The notes below the pieces were generated by a model that was given only the letters and a program-made list of their open reading frames with translations, searched no databases and had not been told where the DNA came from. From an uncultured Planctomycetota bacterium (GTDB lineage: Bacteria > Planctomycetota > J058 > JACQDU01): a DNA stretch of 54,841 bases. Of this stretch, positions 1-10,866 are shown one piece after another. How positions within the stretch are numbered: position 1 is the stretch's first letter; every line of letters begins with the position of its first letter. A program made the position numbers and the translations under genes. Where the stretch lies: assembly GCA_964648345.1 (NCBI GenBank), contig CAZYLP010000001.1, forward strand, positions 1-54,841. Direction: 5' to 3'.

Positions 1-1748
<1,748 letters not shown>

Positions 1749-1998
1749 GCGCGAAGAAGACGGAGATCGCCTCGAGGTCGTCGGTCGACCGATCCCTGTA
1801 GCGCGCGTCGAAGCTCGCACGGAGCACGGCGTCGACGCTCGTCCGCGCGTTCACCTCGATCGGCGAGACGACGAAGCCCGCCGCGGCGAAGGCGCGCTCG
1901 AAGTCACTCTTCCGCCAGCGGTTCGTGAAGGAGGGCTTCCCGGCGGCGAGGCGCTGCCACTCCTCCTCGCTCGCCTTCAAGAACTCGAGCGGCTTCGC

Positions 1999-2034
1999 GA
2001 AGTCGCGGTGGTCGCGGAGGTCGATCTGGTGGAG
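1999..2034. repeat. 36-nt perfect direct repeat, copy 1 (paralogy between tandem methyltransferase genes)
   Basis: gaagtcgcggtggtcgcggaggtcgatctggtggag is identical at 3051..3086. On the minus strand both copies encode LHQIDLRDHRDF. Confidence 0.85.
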
Positions 2035-2783
2035 GTTCACGCCGTCCGACGCCGTGACGCGCGCACACTCTCGGATCGCGGCCTCCGGATCGGAGAAGTG
2101 CTCGAAAGCGGCGAGCGAGAGGACGACGTCGAAGCTCGCGTCGGGGGAGGGCAGGGCGCCGGCGTCGACGGGGTGCCGGTAGCGGATCTTCTCCGGGTCG
2201 ATGCGGACGCTCGGGCCCTCGAAGCGGACGACCTCGTCGAAGCGGACGAGGAGCTCGGGCCGCGAGGAGAGGTGAGCCCGGAGGCGAGCGTAGATCGCCG
2301 GGTCCTGCTCGGGGACGGGCCAGAGGTCGACCGCCTCGTAGCTCCTGGCGCCGTGGACGTAGAGGAGGACGCCCGTCACGAGCGTCTGCCCCGGGCCGAG
2401 CTCGAGGACCCGCGCGCCCTCGAGCGCCCCCCGAGCGCGGAGGATCGCGGCCTTGTGGCCCTCGAAGGTGCGCTCCGCGTAGGCGAGGCCGGCCGGGTCC
2501 TGCGAGGAGCGCTCCTCGGCCCAGAGGAAGAAGCGCCGGCGCGCGGCGGGCGTCGCCTTCGAGAGGGCGTGCTCGACGACCGAGAGGAGCATCTCCTCCG
2601 AGCGCGCGTCGACGAGGCGCGCGAAGCGGCGGTCGGTCTCGCCGTGGAGCTCCTCGTCGAGGACGACCTTCTTGGCGCCATAGAAGTGACTGATCGCGCG
2701 CTCGACGAGCGGGGCCACGAAGAGAAACAGCGCGCGGATGGCCTGGAGGCGCAGGAGGCCGAGGATCAGGCGCGTGAGGACGC

Positions 2784-4001
2784 TCACCGACCGTTCCTCG
2801 CGACGAAGAACGCCGAGAGCGCTTCGAGGTCCTCGTCCGGGCGGTCGCGGAAGCGCGGGTGGAGCTGCGAGCGGAGCGCCGGGTCGATCGTCGCCTTCAT
2901 GTTCACGGCGACCGAGGAGACGGCGAGGCCGGACTCGGCGAAGGCGCGCTCGAAGTCGCTCTTCCGGAAGCGGTTCGTGAAGCAGAAGAGGTCCGTGTGG
3001 AGCTTCTTCCACTCCTCGTCGTCGTAGCGGAGGAAGTCGAGCGGCTTCAAGAAGTCGCGGTGGTCGCGGAGGTCGATCTGGTGGAGCGCGAGGCCGCCCG
3101 GCGCCATGACGCGCGTGCACTCGCGGATGGCGGCCACGGGGTCGGAGAAGTGCTCGAAGGAGGCGATCGAGAAGACGACGTCGAAGCTCGCGTCGGGGAA
3201 GGGGAGCCTGGCGGCGTCCACGGGGTAGCGGCACGTGACCTTGGTCTCGTCGAGGACGGCCTCGGGCCCGTCGAGCTTTACGACCTCGTCGAAGCGGCGG
3301 AGCGCCTCGGCCCGCGCGTCGGCGAGGCCGCCCATGGGGATGAGTGGCGGCCACTCGGCGAGGTGGTGGCGGAGGCGCGCGTAGAGCTCGCTCGAGCGCC
3401 CGGCGATCGGGAAGAGGTCGACGCCCGTGTAACTCCGGGCGCCGTGGACGTAGAAGAGGACCCCGGGAACGAGCATGTGCCCGGGGCCGAGCTCGAGGAT
3501 TCGGAGCCCGCGGATGGGGCCCCGGTGGGCCTCGATCTCCCGGCGCATCCACTCGAAGGCCCGCTCGGCGTAGTGGACGGTGTGCTGGTCGAGGGCGGAG
3601 CGGTCCTCGACCCAGCCGTAGAGGCGCTGCTTCCGCGCCGGCGCGGACTTCTCGAGCGCCTGCTCGAGGACGCGCTCGAGGGCCGCGGGGTCGGCGTCCT
3701 CCGCGAGGCGGCGGCCGGCCCAGCGGGCGAGGCGGTCCTTCTCGGCGCGGTCGGCGAGCCGCATGACCTCGTCGAGCATGGCCTCGCGCTCGGCGGGCGT
3801 CGCCCTCTGGAGCCCGTCCTCGATCACGGCCTGGTAGACGCCGCGGCCGCCGACCCCCGCGCCCGGCGGCAGCAGCTCCTGGCGGACGAAGAAGTACGAC
3901 CGGATCGCGGACTCGAACCTGACCCCGAGCCACAGGAACACGGCGCGAAAGGGTGCGAAGCCGAGGACGCGGAGGAGGAGGGAGGAGAGCCGCGAAGCCA
4001 T
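2784..4001 (-). CDS. Class I SAM-dependent methyltransferase, family A copy 1, with an N-terminal hydrophobic helix
   Basis: 405-aa ORF with motifs ILELGPGHMLVPG and FDVVFSIASFEHFSDP. Its stop overlaps the GTG start of the downstream paralog (GTGA). Confidence 0.85.
   Translation of the reverse strand: MASRLSSLLLRVLGFAPFRAVFLWLGVRFESAIRSYFFVRQELLPPGAGVGGRGVYQAVIEDGLQRATPAEREAMLDEVMRLADRAEKDRLARWAGRRLAEDADPAALERVLEQALEKSAPARKQRLYGWVEDRSALDQHTVHYAERAFEWMRREIEAHRGPIRGLRILELGPGHMLVPGVLFYVHGARSYTGVDLFPIAGRSSELYARLRHHLAEWPPLIPMGGLADARAEALRRFDEVVKLDGPEAVLDETKVTCRYPVDAARLPFPDASFDVVFSIASFEHFSDPVAAIRECTRVMAPGGLALHQIDLRDHRDFLKPLDFLRYDDEEWKKLHTDLFCFTNRFRKSDFERAFAESGLAVSSVAVNMKATIDPALRSQLHPRFRDRPDEDLEALSAFFVARNGR
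3051..3086. repeat. 36-nt perfect direct repeat, copy 2
   Basis: Identical to 1999..2034. Confidence 0.85.
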
Positions 4002-4055
4002 GGACGGGTAGCCTACCCGGTCCTCGGGGCCGCGGGGATGCGGCGCCCGGCGAGC

Positions 4056-4083
4056 TTGACGCCCTCCGGTGCTCCGGTACAGT
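4056..4083 (+). promoter_or_regulatory. Candidate sigma70-type promoter giving a leaderless mRNA
   Basis: TTGACG (4056-4061), 16-nt spacer, TACAGT (4078-4083), then 7 nt to ATG 4091. No Shine-Dalgarno sequence in between. Confidence 0.3.
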
Positions 4084-4090
4084 TGCGCGC

Positions 4091-5350
4091 ATGACGGTTG
4101 CCGTCGAGTCCGGGGTCGCCCGAGTCGACTTCGCGCGGATCGGTGCGTGCCCCGCCTGCCGCGGCGACCTCGACGCGGAGCGAGCCGGGTTCGCGTGCCG
4201 CGGGTGCGGGCGCGTCTGGCCGATCGTGGACGGCATCCCGCGCTTCGTCGACTCCGAGCACTACGTCCAGAACTTCGGGTACGAGTGGCGCCGCCACCGG
4301 AAGACGCAGTTCGACTCGGCCCGCAGCCGGATCTCGGAGCGCGAGTTCCGTGAGAAGACCGGCCTCGGGCCCGAGGACGTCCGCGGGAAGCTCGTCCTCG
4401 ACGTGGGCGTCGGGACCGGGCGCTACGCCGACGTCGTGGCGCGCTGGGGCGGCTCCGTGGTCGGCGTCGACCTCTCGCAGGCCGTGCTCACGGCGCGCGA
4501 GAACCTGGCACGCCAGGGCGAGCGCGCGTTCATCGCCCAGGCCGATCTCTTCAAGCTCCCCTTCAAGGAGAAGACGTTCGACATCGTCTACTCGATCGGC
4601 GTCCTCCACCACACGCCGTCCACGCGCGACGCCTTCCGGACGATCGCCCGCTACCTGAAGCCGGGCGGCGTCGCGGCGATCGCGGTCTATCGGTACTCGG
4701 ACTTCCTCGACTACGCGTCGCGATACCGGCGGTACACGACGGCCATGTCGCACGGCTGGCTCCACTTCCTCTCGCACGGCGGGATCCCGCTCTACCAGTG
4801 CCTCCAGGCCTCGCGGGCCCTCGTCAGCCCGCCCACGCAGGTCCAGCTCGAGAAGCTCTGCTTCGTCGCCATGCACGAGGATCCCGCCTGGCGCGTGCTC
4901 AACACGTTCGACTGGTACTCGCCGCACTACCAGTGGCTCCACACGGAGCCCGAGGTCGTGCACTGGTTCGAGGAGCTCGGCTTCGAGGACGCGCGCGCCC
5001 TGCCGGAGCCCTCCATGCACAGCGTGCGCGGCGTCCTGCCGGAGGGCTCCGGGCTGCGGACGCCGCCCGAGAGCCGGGAGGAGCGCCGGAACGAGCTCGT
5101 CCCGCCGCCCTCGTGGGTGCCCGAGGGGCCGGTCTGGCTCCGCGACGCGGTCCTCACGGTCCTTCTCGCGGGGGCCGTGCTCCGCGCCGCGAACGAGGTG
5201 AGGCGGTGGCGGCTCGCGGTCTTCGCCGCGACGCTCCGCGCGATCGTCACGGCGGTCGTCGTCGCCGGGAAGCGGCTCCTCGGTGTCGAGGGCGACATCC
5301 TCGGCCGGCCCCGCGGCGGGAGCGCGGGCCCCGACGGGCGCGCCGCTTGA
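4091..5350 (+). CDS. Zn-ribbon (Trm112-like) plus class I SAM-dependent methyltransferase, family B copy 1, with an extra hydrophobic C-terminal tail
   Basis: Internal ATG (codon 47) of track ORF 3953..5350. Motifs CPACRG..CRGCG, IPRF, LDVGVGTGRY and YSIGVLHHTP. Paralog of 49450..50385. Confidence 0.8.
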   Translation: MTVAVESGVARVDFARIGACPACRGDLDAERAGFACRGCGRVWPIVDGIPRFVDSEHYVQNFGYEWRRHRKTQFDSARSRISEREFREKTGLGPEDVRGKLVLDVGVGTGRYADVVARWGGSVVGVDLSQAVLTARENLARQGERAFIAQADLFKLPFKEKTFDIVYSIGVLHHTPSTRDAFRTIARYLKPGGVAAIAVYRYSDFLDYASRYRRYTTAMSHGWLHFLSHGGIPLYQCLQASRALVSPPTQVQLEKLCFVAMHEDPAWRVLNTFDWYSPHYQWLHTEPEVVHWFEELGFEDARALPEPSMHSVRGVLPEGSGLRTPPESREERRNELVPPPSWVPEGPVWLRDAVLTVLLAGAVLRAANEVRRWRLAVFAATLRAIVTAVVVAGKRLLGVEGDILGRPRGGSAGPDGRAA

Positions 5351-6735
5351 CCAGGCGCCGGGGGCTCCGCGGCGTCGCGATCGTCGTGCACAACATAGAC
5401 GCGGTCGGGGGCATGGAGCGGCAGGCCCTGCGGCTCGCCGAGCGGCTCGCGGCGCGGGAGATCCCCGTCACGATCGTGACGACGTGGCGCGAACCCAGGT
5501 TCCGGCTGCCGCCCCGGACGACGAAGCCCTGGTACGAGAAGCGGGGCACGATCGAGATCGTCCGCGTCCCGTCGTTCCCGAACTGGACGCTCTACGCGGT
5601 CCGCGACCTGATCGACGTCGTCGGGACCTACGCCCTCATGCGGCGCCGTCGGAAGGTCGGCGTGATCTACGGCGTCCAGTACACGGGCGCCTTCCACGCC
5701 GCGCGCATGGCCAAGGCGACGGGGAAGCCGACCGTCGTCAAGTTCGCCTGCGGGGGCGAGTTCGGGGACTTCCGCACCCTCGAGCGCCTCGAGGACGCCG
5801 GCGCGGTCCTCGACGCGCTCCGCCGCATGGACCGCTGCGTGTTGATCTCCGAGGAGATCCGCGCGGAGGCCGAGGAGGCGGGCCTGGACCCGAGGCGGTT
5901 CGTGAGGATCCGCAACGGCGTCGATACCGAGCGCTTCTCGCGCGCGGGGTCGGCGGCGGCGCTCCCCGAGCTCGGCGACGCGAAGGACCGCCAGGTGATC
6001 CTCTTCGTCGGACGTCACGACTCGCAGAAGAAGGTCGACGTCCTCCTCCGCGCCTTCAAGCAGGTCCTCGAGAAGGTTCCCGGGGCGCGCCTCGCCTCGG
6101 CGGGGCAGGGCGCGCGCTTCGACGAATACCGGCGGCTCGCGGTCGAGCTCGGGGTCGCGGACAAGGTCGCCTTCCTCGGCGCGCGGGCGGACGTCCCGGC
6201 CCTCCACCGCGCCGCGAGCGTCTTCGTGCTCCCCTCGGGCGCGGAGGGCTTGCCGAACGCCCTCCTCGAGGCGCTCGCGTGCGAGACGCCGTCGGTCGCG
6301 ACCGCGATCCCGGGCACGACGGAGGTCGCCACCCACGAGAAGGAGGCGCTCCTCGTCCCGGTGGACGACCCGGGCGCGCTCGCCGCCGCGATCGTCCGCC
6401 TGCTCCAGGACCGCGAGCTCGCGGCGCGCCTCGCGCGCGCGGGCCGCGAGCGGATCATGGCGGAGTTCGACATGGGCGCGGTCACCGACCGCTACGTCGA
6501 CCTCTTCCTCGAGCTCGCGCAGGCCTCGCCCGCTGGCGGCGACGGCGGCGGCTACGTGGTCCAGCTCGGGTTCGCCGGGACCATGGCGATCCTCGCGTGG
6601 CGGATCTGTCGGATCTTCGCCGCGATCGCGCACATGCACGGGCGCGACGCGATCACGGCCGCGGTTGTCCGCACGAAGGGCCTGCTCGGGATCGAGGGCG
6701 ACATCCTCCCGAAGCGACGCACGTCTCCGGGCTGA
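5347..6735 (+). CDS. GT4-family (GT-B fold) glycosyltransferase with a C-terminal tail
   Basis: The C-terminal 463 codons of track ORF 4798..6735. Begins VAIVVHNIDAVGGMERQ and carries the E-x7-E motif EGLPNALLE. Start proposed at TTG 5347, overlapping the upstream TGA (TTGA); the exact start is uncertain. Confidence 0.75.
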   Translation: MTRRRGLRGVAIVVHNIDAVGGMERQALRLAERLAAREIPVTIVTTWREPRFRLPPRTTKPWYEKRGTIEIVRVPSFPNWTLYAVRDLIDVVGTYALMRRRRKVGVIYGVQYTGAFHAARMAKATGKPTVVKFACGGEFGDFRTLERLEDAGAVLDALRRMDRCVLISEEIRAEAEEAGLDPRRFVRIRNGVDTERFSRAGSAAALPELGDAKDRQVILFVGRHDSQKKVDVLLRAFKQVLEKVPGARLASAGQGARFDEYRRLAVELGVADKVAFLGARADVPALHRAASVFVLPSGAEGLPNALLEALACETPSVATAIPGTTEVATHEKEALLVPVDDPGALAAAIVRLLQDRELAARLARAGRERIMAEFDMGAVTDRYVDLFLELAQASPAGGDGGGYVVQLGFAGTMAILAWRICRIFAAIAHMHGRDAITAAVVRTKGLLGIEGDILPKRRTSPG

Positions 6736-6751
6736 GGCGGCGGCCCCTCAG
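6732..6751. terminator. Short GC-rich hairpin between convergent genes (possible bidirectional terminator)
   Basis: In ctgaggcggcggcccctcag, ctgagg pairs with cctcag and an inner gg pairs with cc. Both stop codons lie in the stem. Only a TTT follows on the plus strand. Confidence 0.25.
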
Positions 6752-7761
6752 GGTTTGTGCACGTAGTCCGCGGGCTCGCGGAGGATCGCGTCGAGCGAGC
6801 CGTGCATCCAGCGGATCGTCTCGGCGACGCCCTCCTCGAAGGTCCGCCGCGGCCGCCAGCCCAGCGCGCGCGCCTTCGCGCTGTCGAGGAGGTACGCCTG
6901 GTCCTTCCCCGGACGGTCGTCCACGACCTCGACGATCTCGTCGAACGAGGCGCCGGTCTGGCGGCACACCTCTTCGACGACCTGGCGGATCGTGTGGTGG
7001 CGGTCGGTCGAGAGGTGGTACGCCTCGCCCGGGACGCCCCCGAGGGCGAGCTGGAGCGTGGCCTCGGCCACGTCGCGGACGTGGATGAAGGAGCGGACCG
7101 AGCGCCCCCCTCCGTCGAGCTTGAGCTTCTTCTTCGCGAGCGCGCAGAGGATCGCGCGCGGGACGATCCGGTAGAGCTGCTGGCCCGGCCCGAAGACGTT
7201 CGCGGCGCGCGTCGTTACGACGGGGAAGCCCCAGCGCGCGTGGAAGGTCCTCAAGCTCATGTCCGCCGCGGCGCGGGAGACGGCGTAGGGCGTGCTCGGG
7301 TTGAGCGGCGCGTCCTCGCGGACGAGGCCCTGGCAGCTCCCGTAGACCTCGGGCGTCGAGACGTGGACGTAACGGCGGAGGAACGAGCAGCGCCGGAGCC
7401 CTTCGTGGAGCGCGACCGTCGCGAGGGTGTTCGTGCGGAACCAGTCCTCGGGGCTGTCCCAGCTCTGGGCGACCATGCTCTGGGCGGCGAAGTTGACGAC
7501 GTACTCGGGGCGCCTCTCCTGGACGAGGGAGAGGATCGCGGCGCGGTCCTCGTTCAGGTCGAGGCGGCGGACCTCGAGCCGGCCTTTCCGGGTCTCCGCG
7601 CCTTCGGGCCAGCGGTAGGGGAGGAAGACCGCGCCCGGCTCGGCGGAGCGGCTCGTCGCGAGGACGTCATGGCCCGCCTCGAGGAGGACCTCGACGAAGT
7701 GGGACCCGGTGAACGAGTTGCTGCCGAGGACGAGGAACGTGTGCGTCGCCGCGGGGCTCAT
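6748..7761 (-). CDS. Extended-SDR NAD(P)-dependent sugar-nucleotide epimerase/dehydratase-family protein with an atypical active-site motif
   Basis: 337-aa ORF. Motifs VLGSNSFTGSHF (Rossmann), VSTPEVYG and PYAVSR in place of the canonical PYxxSK. Confidence 0.85.
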   Translation of the reverse strand: MSPAATHTFLVLGSNSFTGSHFVEVLLEAGHDVLATSRSAEPGAVFLPYRWPEGAETRKGRLEVRRLDLNEDRAAILSLVQERRPEYVVNFAAQSMVAQSWDSPEDWFRTNTLATVALHEGLRRCSFLRRYVHVSTPEVYGSCQGLVREDAPLNPSTPYAVSRAAADMSLRTFHARWGFPVVTTRAANVFGPGQQLYRIVPRAILCALAKKKLKLDGGGRSVRSFIHVRDVAEATLQLALGGVPGEAYHLSTDRHHTIRQVVEEVCRQTGASFDEIVEVVDDRPGKDQAYLLDSAKARALGWRPRRTFEEGVAETIRWMHGSLDAILREPADYVHKP

Positions 7762-7769
7762 GGGCCACG

Positions 7770-7775
7770 AGTATA
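7770..7775 (-). promoter_or_regulatory. -10-like hexamer TATACT, 8 nt upstream of ATG 7761
   Basis: The plus strand reads agtata. I saw no convincing -35 and no Shine-Dalgarno sequence. Confidence 0.2.
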
Positions 7776-7793
7776 GGCGGGCGACCTGATAGC

Positions 7794-8711
7794 ATGCCGA
7801 TCGCGAGGTTTCGTATCCCGACTCTGCGTCACGCCGTCACGCGTGCGGTCGTCCGCGCGAAGGCGATCTTCGGGATCGAGCGTCCGATCTTCGCGCGGCC
7901 GAGCGTCGCGCCACCGGACGGCGGACCCGGGGCCCAGGAGCCGCCGAAGAAGACGCTCGCGAGCGTTCCCGAGCTCTCGGGGCGCATCTCGCCCGCCGCT
8001 GAGAGCCTCTACGGGCCCGAGGCGCTCTCGAACCAGGCGGTCGCGGACGCGCTCTTCTTCGCCGTCCAGTACGTCGCGGGCGCCGCCGTCCAGGGCGACG
8101 TCGTCGAGTTCGGCTCGATGACGGGCCGGACGGCGCGCGTCCTCGCCGCGGCCATGGCGGCGTTCGCGCACTACGCGCCCGACAAGACCCTTCATCTCTT
8201 CGACAGCTTCGAGGGCCTCCCCAGGTCGACGAGCGAGGTCGACCAGCGCTCGGCGCACGTCGCGGCGGGCGTCTGGGGTCCCGGCACTTGCCGGGGGATC
8301 ACGCCCGAGGAGCTCCGCGCGCGCTGCGCCGAGTACCTGAGCGCCTCGCGGTTCAAGATCTACGAGGGCTGGTTCGCGAAGACCGTGTCCGAGATCGCGC
8401 CCGGGACGCGGTTCGCCCTCCTCCACGTCGACTGCGACCTCTACCAGTCGACGCTCGACTGCCTCGACCCGCTCTTCGCGGGGGCGAGGATCGCGCCCGG
8501 CGCCGCGGTCCTCTTCGACGACTGGAACTGCAACCGCGCCGCGAACGACTTCGGCGAGCGGCGCGCGTGGGCCGAGCTCACCCGAAAGTACGCGATCGCG
8601 CAGAGCGACTGGGGCTCCTACGGCTGGTCCGGGCACAAGTTCATCGTCCACGGCTACGTGGGCGCGCCGGGCCTTGAATCGCGTGGCTCCGCCGCCATCA
8701 AGATCTTATGA
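7794..8711 (+). CDS. TylF/MycF-family (macrocin-O-methyltransferase-like) sugar O-methyltransferase
   Basis: Motifs GDVVEFGSMTGRTA, LFDSFEGLP, HVDCDLYQST and FDDW. The start may lie downstream, because the divergent gap is only 32 nt. Confidence 0.8.
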   Translation: MPIARFRIPTLRHAVTRAVVRAKAIFGIERPIFARPSVAPPDGGPGAQEPPKKTLASVPELSGRISPAAESLYGPEALSNQAVADALFFAVQYVAGAAVQGDVVEFGSMTGRTARVLAAAMAAFAHYAPDKTLHLFDSFEGLPRSTSEVDQRSAHVAAGVWGPGTCRGITPEELRARCAEYLSASRFKIYEGWFAKTVSEIAPGTRFALLHVDCDLYQSTLDCLDPLFAGARIAPGAAVLFDDWNCNRAANDFGERRAWAELTRKYAIAQSDWGSYGWSGHKFIVHGYVGAPGLESRGSAAIKIL

Positions 8712-8721
8712 TCCGCCGAGA

Positions 8722-10281
8722 ATGCACGAGAAGATCCTCCCGTTCACGACCTGCGGCGAGACCCTCGAGGAGGCCCGACGCGCCGGTCGGAAGATCGTCC
8801 ACTGCCACGGGACCTTCGATCTCCTGCACCCGGGGCACCTGAAGCACCTCGAGGCGGCCAAGAAGCACGGCGACGTCCTCGTCGTCTCCGTCACCTCGGC
8901 GCCCTTCGTGAACAAGGGGCCCGGGAGGCCCGTCTTCGGCGACGAGCAGCGCGCCTATCAGCTCGCTCACCTCTCGATCGTCGACTACGTCGTCGTCGTC
9001 CCCCACCCGCATGCGATCGAGGTGATCGAGAAGGTCCGCCCGCACGTCTACTGCAAGGGAACCGAGTACGCGTCGCCCCAGAACGAGACCGACCGTCGGA
9101 TCGACGAGGACGCCGCTACGGTCGAGCGCGTGGGCGGCCGGGTCGTTTTCGTGGGCGAGCCCCTCCACAGCTCGACCCAGCTCATAGCGAGCCATCTCGA
9201 TGCGCTCGACCCCGAGGTCCGCGAGTACCTCGAATCGATCGAGCCCAAGGATGCGACGGACCAGCTCGACCCGGTGCTCGCGCGGATCGCGAGCCTGCGT
9301 GTGCTCGTCCTGGGCGACCTCATCATCGACCGCTACACCTACGGCCACGTCCAGGGTCTCACGGCCAAGGCGCGCGTCCTCTCCATGCGGCGTGAGCACG
9401 AGGAGGACTACCTGGGCGGCGCGCTCGCGATCGCGCGGCACATAGCCTCCTTCCACTGCAAGCGGGTGAAGTACCTCGCGCTCGCCGGGACCGAGCCCTG
9501 GCTCGACACGGCCCTCCAGCAGATGAAAGGCGAGGGCGTGGACCTCGAGCTCCTGAGGAGCCCCGACTACCAGACGATCCTGAAGCAGCGCTACGTCGAG
9601 CGCCCCGGCAAGAGGAAGGATCTCGTCAAGCTCTTCGCCGTGAACCAGATCACGGACGACCCGCCGCGCGTCCTCCGCGAGCAGCTCCTCGCGCGGATCG
9701 CCGCCGAGGTGGAGCAGAGCGACCTCGTCGTCCTCTGCGACTACGGTCACGGCTACGTGGACCCAGCCGTCCAGAAGCTCGTCGAGGACCGCGCGAGCTG
9801 GCTCGCGCTCAACGTCCAGTCGAACAGCTACAACTACGGCTTCAACCTGATCACCCGCTACCGCCGCTGCAACCTCTTCACCATGGACGAGACCGAGCTC
9901 CGCCTCGCGGCGGGGAAGCGCCACGTGAGCGAGTTCGAGCTCATGACCGACCTCACGCGCCGCCTCGGGGCGCGTCACGGCTGGTTGACCCTCGGTTCCT
10001 CGGGGTCGCTCGTCTGCACGGCGACGGGCACGACTCACAGCTGTCCCGCCATGATCAAGAGCACGGTCGATACGGTCGGCGCCGGCGACGCGTTCTTCTC
10101 GACGGCGGCGCTCTGCGGCCGCGTCGAGGCCCCCGTCGAGTTGACGGCGATCCTTTCGAACCTCTCTGGGGCCGTGGCCGCCAACATCGTCGGCAACAAG
10201 GAGCCGATCCGCAGTGACGCGATCGTCAAGAACGCGCGCTACCTGCTCAAATCGGCCCGCTCGGCGAAGACTTCCGGATAG
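8722..10281 (+). CDS. Bifunctional cytidylyltransferase-family nucleotidyltransferase (N-terminal) / PfkB sugar kinase (C-terminal)
   Basis: HCHGTFDLLHPGH (HxGH motif) near the N-terminus. The PfkB motif DTVGAGDAF lies near the C-terminus. Start placed at ATG 8722, just after the upstream stop. Confidence 0.85.
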   Translation: MHEKILPFTTCGETLEEARRAGRKIVHCHGTFDLLHPGHLKHLEAAKKHGDVLVVSVTSAPFVNKGPGRPVFGDEQRAYQLAHLSIVDYVVVVPHPHAIEVIEKVRPHVYCKGTEYASPQNETDRRIDEDAATVERVGGRVVFVGEPLHSSTQLIASHLDALDPEVREYLESIEPKDATDQLDPVLARIASLRVLVLGDLIIDRYTYGHVQGLTAKARVLSMRREHEEDYLGGALAIARHIASFHCKRVKYLALAGTEPWLDTALQQMKGEGVDLELLRSPDYQTILKQRYVERPGKRKDLVKLFAVNQITDDPPRVLREQLLARIAAEVEQSDLVVLCDYGHGYVDPAVQKLVEDRASWLALNVQSNSYNYGFNLITRYRRCNLFTMDETELRLAAGKRHVSEFELMTDLTRRLGARHGWLTLGSSGSLVCTATGTTHSCPAMIKSTVDTVGAGDAFFSTAALCGRVEAPVELTAILSNLSGAVAANIVGNKEPIRSDAIVKNARYLLKSARSAKTSG

Positions 10282-10302
10282 AGTGGCGGGGCGGAGAAGA
10301 TC

Positions 10303-10866
10303 ATGAGCTGGAGCGACAAGGTCGGAGCGCTCGCCGGGATCCTGGCCCGGGTCCAGGTCACGGATCGGACGGGGCAGTCGCTCGAGCCCGATCGTGGATT
10401 TCAGGTCTGGTACGACGAGGCCCTCCGCGTCCGCAAGGAGCGCCGTTACTGCTACATGGTCGGCAACGGCGCGAGCGCCTCCATGGCGAGCCACTTCGCC
10501 GCCGACGTGGCGAAGAACGGCCGGATCTTCACGCAGGTCTTCACCGACCCCGCGCTCGTGACCGCGCTCGGGAACGACCTGGGCTACGAGCACGTCTTCG
10601 CGGAGCCGATCCGGCACCGCGGACAGCCGGGCGACATGCTCGTCGCGATCTCGAGCTCGGGGAAGTCGCCCAATATCCTCGCCGGGGTCGCCGCCGCGCG
10701 AGAGAAGGGCGTCTTCATCGTCTCGCTCTCCGCCATGGGCGCCGAGAACCCACTCCGCCGCGCGGGCGACCTCAACTTCTGGGTCGAGGCCAAGACCTAC
10801 GGCAACGCCGAGACGAGCCACGCGACGATCCTGCACCACTGGATGGACGCCCTCATCGGTGAGTAG
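10303..10866 (+). CDS. SIS-domain sugar-phosphate isomerase (phosphoheptose isomerase GmhA-like)
   Basis: Motifs VGNGASASMASHFAADV and AISSSGKSPNIL. A GGAG Shine-Dalgarno sequence sits 7 nt upstream of the ATG. Confidence 0.8.
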   Translation: MSWSDKVGALAGILARVQVTDRTGQSLEPDRGFQVWYDEALRVRKERRYCYMVGNGASASMASHFAADVAKNGRIFTQVFTDPALVTALGNDLGYEHVFAEPIRHRGQPGDMLVAISSSGKSPNILAGVAAAREKGVFIVSLSAMGAENPLRRAGDLNFWVEAKTYGNAETSHATILHHWMDALIGE

